Source of the DNA: Octopus vulgaris
Lineage: Eukaryota
Assembly (NCBI GenBank): GCA_951406725.2
Contig: OX597815.1
Location: 87,544,001-87,608,000 of the forward strand
Direction: 5' to 3'
DNA length: 64,000 nt
The number at the start of each line of letters is the position of its first letter. The stretch's first letter is position 1. Both the position numbers and the translations under genes were made by a program. Below the pieces are notes generated by a model. That model was not told the origin of the DNA. It worked only from the letters and a program-made list of their open reading frames with translations, and made no database searches. Below are positions 1 through 14,489 of the stretch, piece by piece.

Positions 1-1237
1 TAAAAACACTATGTAGGACAATATTCCCTATATCTAAATAATAATCATACATTTGACACAGACTTTCTGGACTGCAGATAAAAGCCACCTACCATCTGAT
101 TTTTAAATGTAAATGTCTCTTAAAAATTTTAAGTGATTACTTCTAGTTTCATGGTATTAAGCAGATGAGATAAATCTGTTCATTGATAGCATACTTGTCT
201 GTCACAAGTAACCTTCTCAGATGATCTGGTATTTATTCTTAATTGCTAAGTAAATGGATTGGTTGCCACTTACCCACTCAATCATTTCACTTCTGTGTTA
301 GGCAAATTTTCGCTTCACTCATCAGCATTTTCAACCCACTTACTCGCAGTGTCCTTTATGGAATTTGGATTCTACTACAGTGATTGTTGTTCCTATAGAC
401 ATGCTGATTGTAACTACTTCAACCAAAATTTCCTCGTTATTACTTATCAAATGTAACAATATATATCCAGAAACATTGATCTTCAAGGATTCGGAAAGAA
501 TTTATCTCAATTCAGATTTTACAATTTAAGTTTGTGAAAAGCTATCAAACCTCAAAAACAAAATAGAAACATTATACCCATCACTGTTCCCAGCAGTCTT
601 TATTTACATAATTCAGGCAGTTACCTATACACTTTCCATAATGTACAAATGACTACAATAAACACACATTACTACAGAACATGACAATATGCAGAATACT
701 TTGTATAGTACTGGCAAATACTAGTTGTTAAGATGTTACTTAGAATGTTTTGAAGGTCAAGTTTCACTTGTTTTTACAGTATTGAAGTTGTTCCCATAGA
801 TACTACACTTAAGTTATTGTTGTTGTCCTATTTTTGCTTCTTTGATTTCTTTTATGAAACAAGTTTATTGCTGTTTCATTCAAAAATTTAGTAATTACAT
901 CATTTTGAAAAATATTTATTTAAATTTGATCTTTGAATTCGTGTTACTATGGAGTAAATTTTAAAAAGCCATCATTTTTTTATTTACCTTTTAAGGTTAA
1001 TAAAATGTTTAACAGAAATAAGGTCACAAGAAAACAAAAGTTACTAGAAAAAAATTTTCACATTTCATTTCAATTCCATGAATAATTGTTGAAGTTATGA
1101 AACGAATAATATTTTAAATTGCTTATTAAGTGGCAATACAAGACTTGAATACATTGACAATGCTATATAATGGTATAACATGTGTGAAAAATATCATGTT
1201 TTATTTAATATCATAAAGGAAAGAAATAGACCATTTA

Positions 1238-1660
1238 CCCTTTAGCATTCCGATTATTCTGTCAATTGTGATGTTTATTCATTCATGTTGTTTCAAGATT
1301 TTGATGTGACTGTTTATGTTTAGAATGACATTGTAGGGCTGGTGTGAGAAGCCACATGGCCTACAATGTTCTGGTTTGAACATAAAACAGGTAGAATATT
1401 TGGGCCAGATGTGGCCAGTTTAACCCTTTTATTATTCAAACAGGCCATATCTGGCCCAAATGTTTGATCTGTTTTTCTGTTCAAACTGGTCTGATCTGGC
1501 CTCTCACACCTACTTTACAATGTCACTTTAAACATAAATAATCACATTATCAAAATCTCAAAGCTATGAGATAATGCATGATTAATTCAAAATAATGTGG
1601 ATAAATAAGCATTACAGTTGATGGATTAATCTGAATGCTAAAGGGTTAAATACTGAAAGG
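1238..1660. mobile_element. piggyBac-type MITE with a second, inverted copy (1424-1645) nested at a TTAA
   Basis: CCCTTTAGCATT...AATGCTAAAGGG termini; TTAA duplicated at 1420-23 and 1646-49. Confidence 0.85.
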
Positions 1661-1910
1661 TTTATTAAAGATATCGTTTTCTTGTAGATTTTTTTTTTTC
1701 TTTCCTTGTGATGCTTCTTTATCTGGATTCAATAAAATAAATGTCAGGAATCTATGTATTCAAATTCAAAAGCTTATATCTTTCTTTTAAAAATTGTCAT
1801 CTTGTTCCAATGAAGATATACTTTATCAAATTATTTAACCCTTCTGATACCAACCCACATAATATTGCTTCTGGTTCCCTAATACAATCTTCCTATTCTG
1901 AAGTGATATA

Positions 1911-2051
1911 TAAGGTTGTCCCAAAAGTTCGTAGAAAGTCTTGGAAAATAATGGTCTTTATTTTGAGGAATAATTTTTGTTGTTTCTGTTAGTACTTGGC
2001 GAGTAAAAATTCAATTTTCGCAAGTGTTTACGAACTTTTGGGACAACCTAA
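1911..2051. mobile_element. mariner-type MITE
   Basis: TA|TAAGGTTGTCCCAAAAGTTCGTA...TACGAACTTTTGGGACAACCTAA|TA. Confidence 0.85.
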
Positions 2052-2114
2052 TATTAAAAAAAAAACCTTCCATCAAAATTCCATGTTAACTTATGCTCCA
2101 AACCCCAGTTTAAT

Positions 2115-2485
2115 AGTCTCTTTTACTCTAGGCACAAGGCCCAAAATTTTTGGGGAAGGGGCCAGTCAATTAGATTGACTCAGGTATGCAACTGGTACTT
2201 TATTGACACCAAAAGGTTAAAAGGCAAAGTCGAACTCAGAACATAAAGACAGACAAAATACCTATTTTTTTACTACCCACAAGGAGCTAAACACAGAGAG
2301 GACAAACAAGGACAGACACGGATTAAGTCGATTATATTGACCCAGTGCGTAACTGATACTTATTTAATCGACCCCGAAAGGATGAAAGGCAAAGTCGATC
2401 TCAGCGGAATTTGAACTCAGAACGTAGCGGCAGACGAAATACCGCTAAGCATTTTGCCCGGCATGCTAACGATTCTGCCAGTTCA
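2115..2485 (-). mobile_element. tRNA-related SINE (family with further decayed copies, e.g. ~23260, 23645, 32590, 51720, 55510)
   Basis: TGGCAGAATCGTTAG A-box-like and GAGTTCAAATTCC B-box-like motifs; TSD ccagtttaat at 2105-2114 and 2486-2495. Confidence 0.8.
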
Positions 2486-5399
2486 CCAGTTTAATGACAG
2501 AGCTAGTTCACTAAATTCTTAATTAGTTTCAAAATTAATTGAAATAGACTATGTTTCAATAGAAACATGGTAAGAGCTCATGTTTAGTGTCTAGCATTAG
2601 ATGAAAATTGTTCTGTAATTTATGAATATAGAAATGTTCTTTCTATCATTTACAACTCTTTGTTTTACATTGCTCCACTTCATTCAGCTAAAAATGAGTA
2701 CCTGTGCCAGCTGTAAGTTAACTCTGCAATAGACTGGTGTTCACTTCATGGTGAATTTTGTACTCTTAGTTACCTAAACATCTTTTAAAATCCAAGTCAA
2801 CTCTAGCCTTTGTGATTCTGTAGGCTTAAGACGGACTCAGTTACAAACATCTGGCTCATGTCACCTCTCTAAGGGTAACATTCTCCCTCTCTCCTACCAT
2901 TCTTGAAACTCTGAAAAGGATCATGAACATAGCATTTCTTCTTCTGGTAGTTACATTAACCACACCTAGTTATCTCTCTCCTCTAGTCTAGGAGAGTTTG
3001 TAGAAGAAATTAGCACTCCCCTGCTCTCCTGATTAACTAAGAGATAAAAAAAAAAAATTATTGTGATTGGTAGTTCAGTTTCTTCAGCAGATGAGATTCT
3101 CTGAAATTTTGAAGTTTAAAAATGAAATCAGTATTCTTTATAATAAGTAACAGCAGGGTTCTTTTAATATTGATATATATCTTTTAAAAGTATGAACTTA
3201 TTTTTCATTGGTTTTTAACTAGAAGTAAAAGGACTGGTAGAGGGATGGTTATTCATTTTAGCAATTTTATTCATTGGACTTGGCTGTGTCTTCAAGGTTT
3301 TTAGTCCAATGTAATGATCCCAGTATTATTTCAGTCCATTGCATTAGGAAGAGCATCCAGCCACAGAAACCAAGCCAAACGAGATGACTGGAGCCTGGTA
3401 CAGCTCTCTGGCTTACCAGCTCCAGTCAAACTAACCCATGCCAGCATGGGAAATGAGCGTTAAATGATGATGATATTTATAGAATCACTTATGCTTTTTT
3501 GGCATGACACCAGTAAACACAGACAAACAAGAGACACAGACAATCACTTGTAAATATGCAAGTATATATATATATATGCATGAAAATCCACTCGCATGGT
3601 ATTAGTCAAGCTAAGGCTACAGTAGAAGACACTTGCCCAAGATGCCATGCAGTGAGATTGAACCCAGAGCCAAATTGCTGTAAAGGGAACTTTTTAACCA
3701 CATGGTTATGCACCTCTCTCTCCATATATATATATTCTCTATACTATTTACATATATATAAATATGTGTTTGTGTGAGAGAGAGAAAGAGAGGAACTAGT
3801 GTATTTCTTTCAGTTGCATTTCTTCATCACATAGATTTTGTCAACAGTTTGTTATTATTTGTAAGATAAAACGAAAAAAGAAATTGTTATAGTTTGGGTT
3901 TTGTATAACATGACATATGATGGCTTAATGGAAGAGATTATTTTAAATGTTAGATTGCTGGTCCCTGCCAAGAGAGCTTGTTAATTGTGCATGTTCAAAG
4001 GAAAGTCTCAGAATATGTGTGAAAGGGGGTGGAATAGAAATGTAGCTGAGAAAGAGTTATGCATTTAAAATGCAACTTTAGCCAACTATATTAGTAATAT
4101 ATATACATGATATATTAAGCAAGATATATTATTCAAGAGTGTGGAAAATTCCTTGACAGAAGTTGCTTTCCAGTTAGCTTATGATTCAGTTGTTTTTAAG
4201 AAGTAGCAAATATATCTGTAAAGGTTGTTAACCTCTAAGTTAAGCACATTTATTTGTCCTTCATCAGAATTGCTAGTTTTTCTTGCTGGCATGGGTTAGA
4301 TTGAAATGTTTTATTTTGTTTTGTTTTTTGCTTTTATTATCATCATATTGTTTTGTTTTGTTTTTAACATACTCATAAGTTGGATCTGTTTGCAGCAGCG
4401 AAAATCTTCCTTCCCCTTGATCCTACTTTATCTTATTTGTTTGTCCAACACAATATGTGGGAAGTGTGTGATCAGACTTTCTCCAAGTCTGATCACACAC
4501 TGTCTCCCATTGTCTTTCTCTGTTGAGAATAATTCGTTTGTCAGCAAGCAATACTTTTACTTCCAGTGAGTGTTGTCCATTTGCATATGTCCACAACATA
4601 GCAGCTGTTTACAACCTTAGTCAAGCAGTTCAGTTCACAACAAAAGGTGTTTCTTAATTATCCTGTCTGTCTGTTTCTCACACAAACACACACACAACAT
4701 GCTTATGGTCTAATAGATAAGAGCTCTAACATCTTATATGACTAATAAAAGTTTTTAACTTGAATCCAAGCTTGTTTTTATTGTTAAATTTAATCCCTGA
4801 TTAGCTTTGATTAAGCAGACTTATGATCAAAGGCATCCCAGCTATGGACATCTCATTTTTATTCATACATAGTGTATCTAGATATACATTATGAAATCTG
4901 TTCTTTTTACAAGACAGCAGTGGGTGGCTTGAATCAAATTTAGCTGCCTTTTGTAACATGTTGAGTGACTACAAAGAACCTCCCTGCTGGTTTGTCAGTC
5001 TCAGGTCAATGCTGACTGAGCAGACCTATGATCACAAATATTTCAACCATAACTATCTTGTCTTTAGGAGTATGACATAGTATGACCGATTTTAATATAG
5101 TAGTGGGATTTGAGGAGAAACTGGCAGTCATTTCTAGCAGGTTGAATGACAGTCCTCTCTACATGGATGTATCCTGATCTTTGAAAATCCCATGAGCCGT
5201 AACCCCTTTATCACATTCATTTTCATTATTACAGAATTGATAGAAACATTCTCCAAGACTTTCACTGTCTCTCCCTCTTTAATGACTAATATAGCATTGC
5301 TTTCATAAAGCCAGATTTATTCTCTGTTGCTCAACAGTAAGCTTTCACCCTTAGAAATTTGGTGAAAGCATTTTTGTTGCCCTCAGCCTCAGCAGAGGT

Positions 5400-6320
5400 T
5401 TCAACTATGTCTTATACATTGATCTCTTGCCTAGGATTGCATCCATTACTTGTCTCTTGGATTGTTGGCTTCTTTTTCATACTGCATTATCATATTCTAA
5501 TGCAGTCTGACTGTCAACATTCTTTCAATTCTGGTGTACTTCGAGTTTTAGTTCTGTCCCCATGTTCTCCCCACTTACATCAATGTAATACCTACTTCTA
5601 TGCAGATGGTATCATCCTTCATTCACATCCAACATTTTTTTCCACATGCTGCCTAGACACTTTATGCGTAATGTGCACCAATTCCATAAACAAAGACCTT
5701 AAATGCCAGCCTTGTCTCATTTAACAGCAAAAAAAAGCAATCGCTGAACTTACCAAGAAAATATCACATCTCACCAATTCTAAGCACAAACAGCAACTAG
5801 AACCTTTTTGCTTGCTTCAAATGCTCCTAGCAATCACACATTTGCAACATAGCAAAGATTGCATATTGAAGACTAATATTCATCTTTAAAGCTCAGGCAA
5901 AGCCCACAGTGGAGTATTACTTCTACATCTAGAATGATGTTGCTGTTATACATACAGATGTCTTAGCTCTCATCCAAACAAAGGCTACTTAACTGATTGG
6001 TATGAAAATGCTCATAGACTCTAGACTCTGGCCTGTACACATGCTGTCTCTTCTCTCTCTCTCTTTTCTCTCTCTACCCTTTTCTACCAGTATTACAGTG
6101 GTAATGATGGTAGTACTACTCCTCAGGAGTTGACTGGTCTAATTCCGCCTCCATACAGTTACTCTCAAGTCATTTTTTTTCTTTACTTTTCGTCACCTGA
6201 TTGTACACAGCTCCTATTTCATTCTGAACTTATTCTTCAAAATATTATCCTTCTGGAAATCACACACGCATCTTTTATCCTGCATCTTTTGGTAGTTCAA
6301 GCAGTGTTGCTAATAGCACG
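5400..6320 (+). mobile_element. Highly decayed Jockey/CR1-group RT remnant
   Basis: NSGVLRVLVLSP and FYADG resemble GVPQGSVLSP and YADD; many stops. Confidence 0.55.
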
Positions 6321-7449
6321 AATCATGCTGGGCTTGGAAGCCTGCAAAAGCCATGCATGCAGTCCTTTGACTAAACCAAACTAATTTAAATAAAATGACA
6401 TTGATTTGCTGTTTTAAATCAGTGCTGATGTAAAAGAAGCTTTACTCTCAGACATAAAAAAAAGAATCAAAGTTTAAAGAGGAATACTCGTGAATGAAAT
6501 TCAACACGTTTATTGAGGAAAAAAATTAGATGGTACGGAGACAAATGACGAGAATGTGTTGTTATTTTGGTTGTTTTGAGCAACCTACAACACAGAAATA
6601 TCTCGTCTAATGATTTTGATTTTGTGCCAAATTTTTCAACTATAGAAATTCAATGAGAATCTTAGCCAAAAAGTTGAAAAAAAATATTCTTCTCTACATG
6701 AAAGGAAAAGTTTTTCTCTAGCAGTAGGTTCGTCTCTTCCTCTCAAAGAGTACAAAATCATCATCACTACTATCGTCCTTCTGGTTGTAATGTCTATTTT
6801 CCAATACTGGCATGGGTTGAATGGGTCTGCCATAGAACATCTGTTTTTGACATTTAATGTTACACCATTCTCAACTGTAGAACATTTCTGTTGACCTACA
6901 AAATTTAGATAAGCTCTTTCTTCTGCCAACTGACATCACCCTTTTTTTAACATGCAAAAATCAAGTCATTGAGAGTACCTCTAAGCAGTCATCAGCCTGC
7001 AAGAAATAACAACCAAATCTTCCTCAAATCACACCTACTGTCTTTAAAAAAAAAGTACCTATTAACTAACACTACATCTGACAAAACAAAAACTGACTAG
7101 TTATGGTTGAAATGCTTTTCATCATAAGCCTGCTTGACTAGAGCTGACCCAGAGCTAAAGAGCAACTTGAAAAATAATCATCTGTTTATACTGTATCTGT
7201 ATGCTAACAATTATTTTTCTTACTTTTTCTGATGCTCATCTCTTTCTTCAATTTTCTTGTTCCAAATATTCTCTTAAGTTAGCCCTGCATATCTAACAAA
7301 ATATACTCGACTTGTTCCTCTGAAATCATTGCAAATCATCATCTGTCCACCATGATTCACACCGGTGTAAATAGAAGTTATATTTCTCATCATCCATCGA
7401 ATTATATGCTAAAATGTTTTCATTAATTCTACCTACAACACTTATTTCT

Positions 7450-8080
7450 TTTCCACTTTAACTTCTATTCCCACCATCCATACAGTGTAAAGAGAGGAAT
7501 TGCTCAGTGACTAAAACATTGAGCAAAGAATATAAGTAGTGATCGTGATACCTACCACGAAGAAATGATCAAGCTCAGTAACAATCTATTAAGCAACAAC
7601 TATCCCAAAAACATACTATCTACTCCAATTATGAAGAAAAGAGAGGATGCAACCAATAAACTGTCTACAGTCTGTCTACCCTATGTGAAAGGCCTCTCCG
7701 AAAAGATACAAAAGATATGCAGCCCATATGACATCAGGACAGTATTGAAGAGTAATACAACACTTTGCAAATATCTCCTTTGGGTAAAACCACCAATAGA
7801 AGAGAATATACTTACTTGTACTTGTGACAGCGTTCACCCAGGGCGGGTTGAGCCGGCTTCTTCTCTGGTCCTAACTGCATCCCGAACCATGTCGGCCCAT
7901 GCTCAATGGTCCTGTGTGAGGTCACTGGAGATAGCGAGCCATTTGCAGTTCCATCTGAAGAGAATATGACTAAAAACTGCATGTACTCAACGTTGTATTA
8001 ACAACAAACAAGATGAGGACAGATATCCGTCAAATGTAAATAATGTACATAATTCCTCATCTCTTAAATATGGAACTGTG
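7450..8080 (+). mobile_element. Penelope-like element fragment (RT thumb/linker to start of GIY-YIG)
   Basis: NFYSHHPYSVKRG, NNYPKN, VCLPYVKGLSEKIQKIC, then PIEEN|MTKNCMYS across an insertion. Confidence 0.8.
7810..7956 (-). mobile_element. Short retroposon 3' end inserted into the Penelope fragment
   Basis: TSD gaagagaatat at 7799-7809 and 7957-7967; CAAGTA-repeat tail on the minus strand, typical of RTE 3' ends. Confidence 0.8.
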
Positions 8081-8503
8081 GATGCCTTGTATTTGTTCTG
8101 GCTCTTTGCATTCGGAATTCAGTCCAGGTATGACCTACTTAGGTGAAACTCTACTGAAAATACTTTGAGTGCGTTTAGAAGAGTTCACTTTATTGCAAGT
8201 ATTTATGCCAGATCTCTAGCTGAAGATACCTTCCTCCCTCTTTCCACCAGAATCAGGAGCTCTGTAAAAATATCTTTGGCACTGCCTCTTCCTCTTGTCT
8301 AAAAAATTTTTTAAATAAATATTTCAGTTTGTTACTTCAGAAGTGTGTCCAGGATTGTAATGATTTACCAGAATCTTGTATTATATTTTCTCATTCTCTA
8401 GCACAATTTGCTGATAAAATTCACTTTCATTATTCATAAAAATCTCCTTTTGTTTACACTGCTTTATTCATTGTAGATAGCTATACCTATCTATTTATTT
8501 ATC

Positions 8504-8561
<58 letters not shown>

Positions 8562-9947
8562 TCATATTCCCTTCCTTTGTCTTGATTCTTTGTTCTATTT
8601 CTTCTATTATGGTCTCTGTGCCATTATATTTTTCAGTAATCTATAAGCTTCATGATTCAGCTCCAGTTACTGTTTCTTTTATATATGTGTGTGTGTATCT
8701 TTGTGTCTGGGTTCGTCCCCCTCCCCCCATCACTTCTTGGCAACCGGTGTTGGTGTGTTTACCTCCCCGTAACTTAGTGGTTCACCAGAAGAGAAGACCA
8801 TAAGTACTAGGCTTAAGAAATAAGTCCTGGAGTCAGTTTGTTTGACTAAACCCTGTCGTGGCATTGCTCCAGCATGGCCACATTCAAATGACTGAAACAA
8901 GTAAAAGAAAAGAATATATATATATATGGCTTTGACATCATGAGAAACTGTGTGTTTACAAAGCTAGCTGGTTGACCACATAGCTTTGCCTGCACCTCTA
9001 TATATACATATATAGTTTAACATATTTTGCTATTAAGTTATCTTGTTGAGAAGAATGTTGCACATCTAAAAAAATAAATTGAAAACATTTAAGTTCCTAA
9101 TTTGAGGAAGAGTGACTAGTAGGTCATCTGTTATGTAACTGGTATTGCAGTCACCTGATACATGATAGATATGTGGTTCAAATCTTACCAATCAGTCTGT
9201 TTTGCTCTTTTTTATAAGTTTTATTCTTGATATTCTGTTGGAGATAGGGGAAAGCTGATTCGACTTTTTTTGAAAGTCTTTTATTTCTTCTTTTCATTTC
9301 ATTGTAATTTTGTTCTTTTTATTTTTGTTTTAAATTCAACACCTAATAATTCTGCGAATATGTAACATGTAGGCTGTTATGGGATTGGTAATACGTCACC
9401 TAGTATCTAATTGAAATCATGTCAGTAGGTGTGTTACTCTATTATCAATTTGTATCCTCCCCAGGATATTTATAAATTTTCCTACCACCAACAATATTTT
9501 GTCATTCTCTATATTGTCATCATTGTTTAACTCTGAGTCACCCTTGATTGAGCAGAACTGTAGGTGTTGCTGCAATAACCATCCAAATTCTTTTCTCTTT
9601 CAAACATTGTGTATTTTTTATTACATTATTTTATGTATAGGTTTTTATGTATATATATATATATATATCATCATCATCATCGTTTAACGTCCGTTTTCCA
9701 TGCTAGCATGGGTTGAACGGTTCGACTGGGGTCTGGGAAGCCAGGAGGCTGTACCAGGCTCCAATCTGATCTGGCAGTGTTTCTACAGCTGGATGCCCTT
9801 CCTAATGCCAACCACTCCACCAGTATAGTGGGTGCTTTTTATGTGCCACCGGCACATAAGCCAGTCGAGGTGGCGCTGGCATCGGCCACGTTTGGATGGT
9901 GCTTTTTATGTTCCACTGGCACAAACCAATTTCAATGGATTTCACCC

Positions 9948-9982
<35 letters not shown>

Positions 9983-12481
9983 GCAACACACACATACACA
10001 CGTGTACATACGTACACCTATTGCATACATGTTTTTTGTATGCATACATGTTCGTGTGTGTGTGTGTGTGTGTTGCCCATATATCAACAAAACACTTTTT
10101 TCCTTGATGAGAAATAAAAACAACAAAAGTCTTAACAAAAGCCTATTCATCACTATTCATCAATGCAAACAATGGTGATTTCTCCGACCTGAAAATTGTT
10201 AAAAGTTTTGGTTGAAAATTCATTTTTACTGCTATTCACTAGTGCCTATGGGAAAAATAAGTTGACGAAAATACAGCTAGGATCATGACAAATGTCCTCA
10301 TAAAATTGGAGCTACATGCGGGCTAATTTGTGGACATGCATAAATTACATTCACGTACACACACACATCCTGCCTTTTATATATACAGATTTTGTGTGTG
10401 TTTTACTTCATTGTATGTTTTTTGGTAGTTCCTGGGAGAAAGGCTTTTATTTTGTCTTACAATTGTCAATAACATTCCTTCCTAACCTTTTCTTTAACTT
10501 GTGCATGCACTGTACTTTATCTTATTCTTTAATTCCTGAGTATTTCCAAGTCTGTTTAGTCTAAGTCTCTTATCTCTACTTCTTTATCTAACATGATATT
10601 TATGATTTTTTTAAAAATTTTCCTCTCTTTAAAATTGCTTTTGTAAATTTCCGTTACCAAATTTCAATATCAATTCCTCCATTATATGTGTTTGCCGTTG
10701 TTTATCATCTGCAGTAAACACCTTGAGATCAACAATATACAAAAGATGCTTGATTGCCTGTATCTAAGTCTAGTCTGACTTTGGCACATTGGTTAAAAAT
10801 GTTAAACATCCTATTCTAATAGGGATGAGGTTTGTTTTTAAAATTCCCTCTTTTCTATATGTAGAATTATTTGTCTTTTAGCCATGACAGTTGATTTTTT
10901 TTTTCTTTCCTTTCTTTGGCTTTCAATCCATGCTGGTACAATAGGGGGCAGTATCATGACACATGGCATGTTTTTTGGTATCTTGAACTTGGTTGGGCCA
11001 ATCCTTCTCCAGGGCTGAACTGAACTAATTTCTTTCAGTAAGAAATAGTGACTGAAGAATTGATTCCAATATTGAATAGGTACTTTATTTATTAATCTTA
11101 AGAGAATGGAAGACAAGTTGGACTTGACACAATTTGAACTCAGAGAATGAGAATAAATACAAAATATTTTATCTGCTTCTCTAATGACTCTAACAACCCT
11201 TTGCCTCTATATTTGATGTAGTTTTTTGCTATTGCTGCCCTAAACAGCTTATTCCTTTAGAATCAGTGAATGGAGAAACCTGTCAAAAGTTAACCAATCC
11301 ATGCCATACTCAGATTGATCTTTCTTTTTCTACGTTCTTGATTAAGGATTTAGTAGCTAGTAATTATCTTTGCAACCATATGAGCTGGTGTAGCTTCACT
11401 TCTGTTCTTCAGAAATTTGCTACTTTCCAGGTAATCATCATCTCTGATATTAGTGCAATATAAGACTTTATAATTCTATTGACAGATAGCTGATTGGTCT
11501 ATAGTTGTGTGATGTTGCTGGGAACTGAGTTTTCCATTAGTGAGTCATTCAGGCGGTGTTCTGCCTGTTGAATATTTCAACCAAAAGTTTATCTTATCAC
11601 CTTGTAGCGCTTTCCAGTTTATTTCTTGGAACATCTGAACTACTGTTCTTATATTCCTTTTCACAGTTATTTAGTTACTGCATGTGTTTTAAATATTTTC
11701 ATCCATGAGGATCCCTTCAACTATACTCCTCTGCCAAATTGGTCTCTTCTCTTTCTATTAGAATTGTATGAAGTTTTGCTTTTAATCTAATTCTTAATAA
11801 CATCAGTTTGTTCAGTTAAAAGAATGATCGTCACATTTCATAACAAGTCTTATGCAATGTAGTAAGACTGTCTTTGATTTTTGGGTGCCTTTATTTTTGT
11901 TGATTTCATGAAGGCTTGAGACTACTCATTTTTCTTTGACTACTGTGGATGCTACCTAGATTTTTTTTCTTTTGATTATCCTGATGACATTGATGTTACA
12001 TCTGTTTTCATTAAGTCTACAAGGAGCAGATTTGGTTTATGTTTTTATTACTGCTCTTTTATTGTTGAATTTAATTTTCTTAAAAGTTGAACCCATAATG
12101 TTTTACAAGGTCTTTGTTATTCTGGAAAGAGGAAGAAATCTCAAACTAGAGACTTAGTCAAAATGCTTTTCTTTTTGTAGGAGGAAGTACATGCCCCACA
12201 CTCCTTCTAAGGGAATGATGACCAATGAAAAGTTTTCAGAGCTAAGACTGGCTCAAATGCTTGTAACAGAGCAGATTCTGCTAAAGGTCCCCAAAGAACA
12301 GGAAGTGGAGCTATACTAAGCAATAGAAGTCTGCAACAGAGACAACTGCATTAAAGGCTCCAAGTGGTAGTATGGAAAGTATTTTATGGGTCTAAAGAAG
12401 AAGATTTCAATCAATTTTGATTAGTGAACTATTTCCACTTTTATTGTCATATTCAAAATCATAAAAGTTTCCTCTTCTTAA

Positions 12482-12701
12482 CCCTTTAGCATTCAGATTA
12501 TTTTGTCAAATTTACTGCTTTTTTTTTTACTTCAATTGTTTTGAATTAATCATGCATTATCTTATGGTTTCACGATTCTGATAGTGTTATTGTTTATTTT
12601 TAGAATGACATTGTAGGGTAGCTTTAAGAGGCTGGATCTGGTCAGTTTGAACTTAAAGTAGAATATTCGGGTTGGATATGGCCAGTTAAAACACTAAAGG
12701 G
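12482..12701 (+). mobile_element. piggyBac-type MITE
   Basis: TTAA|CCCTTTAG...CTAAAGGG|TTAA. Confidence 0.88.
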
Positions 12702-14489
12702 TTAAAACTTTTTTCAAATCATTTTATTCATATTTTTATTGTATAATTCTAGTCTGGCTTTTGTTGGTCAGTATCTGGTAGATATGCTGTGATTTGATTT
12801 TGTTGAGTTTTGTTTACCTTAGTTTTGAATGCAAGTAGGTCTGTCTTAATGATTTGTATTCTGAATGTTTTTAGTTTTAATAATGTTTTTATTCTTATAT
12901 TTTTTAATATTTTTGTTGTTAATAATAAGAAAACTGCATTAATAATGCTACCAGAACAAACACAGGTCTAGAGAGATAACATAACTTTGGTATTAAAGCA
13001 ACTTTGGATTCTGTTAGTGAAGCAAATTTAATAAGATTCATTCTTAAAACAAAAAAGATATCAGAAGTAGAAAACTTGTTTAAAAAAAAAAAGAATACAA
13101 AACCAAAATACAACTAGTGATTTAAAGGAGTGTGTAAATTATAGAAATGAAATGTACATTTATACAACCTAATAAAGGTAGGGTGTATAGATGTACAACA
13201 TGTCTTGGGTTGGCCTGGATGCACGGTTGCTTGCATAACATCCTCGGTTGATTAAGATATAGATTGCAGTAGCCAACAGCATGACCAAGATTTTTGTCAC
13301 ACTTATTAACATCTGATTTGAATCAAATGAGATGCAATGTTGTTTCAGAAACGAGTGAACCTTGAGGTATGGATGTTCTTTTTGAATCAGAATAGTTAGT
13401 CAATGGTCCTGGTAATGGTACCTTCAGATTATTGGGGTTTTTTATGCACTCAACAACAAAGCTATAGTGACCAGGATATTTCCGGTATCTAGAAGCATTC
13501 TTGAGAATCTCTCAGTTGTTAGTAGTAATGGGTAACTTAGTGGGCAGTATTACTTTGCTTAGAAACAAATGAGGGTTAGTGATGGGAAGAGGTATCTGGC
13601 TATAAAAATCAGCTTCGATAAATTTTTCCTGACCCATAAAAGCATGGAAAAAGGGCACTAAATTAATGATGTTGATATGTAGTCTTGCTGTGGAATTACG
13701 TCTCATAGTTATGCCACAAGTCATTTCAATCCTTGGGAAAAAGACATTTTTTTTTTGTGCATTGTTAGAAGCAAAAATCTGGATAAAGCAGTCAAATAAC
13801 TTTAAGGAGTTCTTCATACTTCTTATACATACTGTTCTTACAATATCTTGGCATCTCTCTCTCTCTTTTCTAGGTTACTAGGACTTAATCTGCCAGATAG
13901 TGGCCTTTATATACATACAGATATTTTCTTTTCATATCACTTGTTTCGGTGCAACAAGTTAATTGGATGACATTTTTTTAAATGCTCACATAAAACATTT
14001 GAAAATTATATGATTTTTCTTCCCTTTTCATCTCCTTTCATCTGCTCCTCTTCATATTACAGCTGTAAGCTCATAAGTAAATACCAACAAAAATCTGAAT
14101 TACTATATAAACAAATGTCATTAAATTTCCTCTACATTTATGCTTCAGATATGTTTATTTAGTAATGTTTTTTTAAGTATAAAATGTAATATAATATTAA
14201 ATATATATTTTACATATTTACATGGAAAATAGACATTAAAGATTCATGGTAGTGATGATTTTAGACTTAAAATATGTAATTATATCATAAATAATTATAA
14301 TTGTTTGACCTAATATAATATTGACTTTACCAGATTGCTCTTATACAGATAACAAAACAAGAACTCTTCTGTGTAACTCTCAAAAAGAGTATTTGATGTA
14401 TTGTGCATACTCTCATTGATAAATATGTATTTTATGTAATAGCATCTTTTATACTTAAAAAAAAAATCATTTTACCTGTTTGAAGCATT

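Noticed and set aside
2380-2485. tRNA gene (including tRNA-Sec)
   Set aside because: A/B-box-like motifs belong to a multi-copy SINE head; no cloverleaf can be formed
9975-10084. ~110-bp hairpin atatatgggcaacacaca / tgtgtgttgcccatatat
   Set aside because: Mostly microsatellite-driven; no supporting feature
9777-10178. Cluster of overlapping ORFs
   Set aside because: Retroposon tail plus (TA)n/(CA)n microsatellites that lack stop codons
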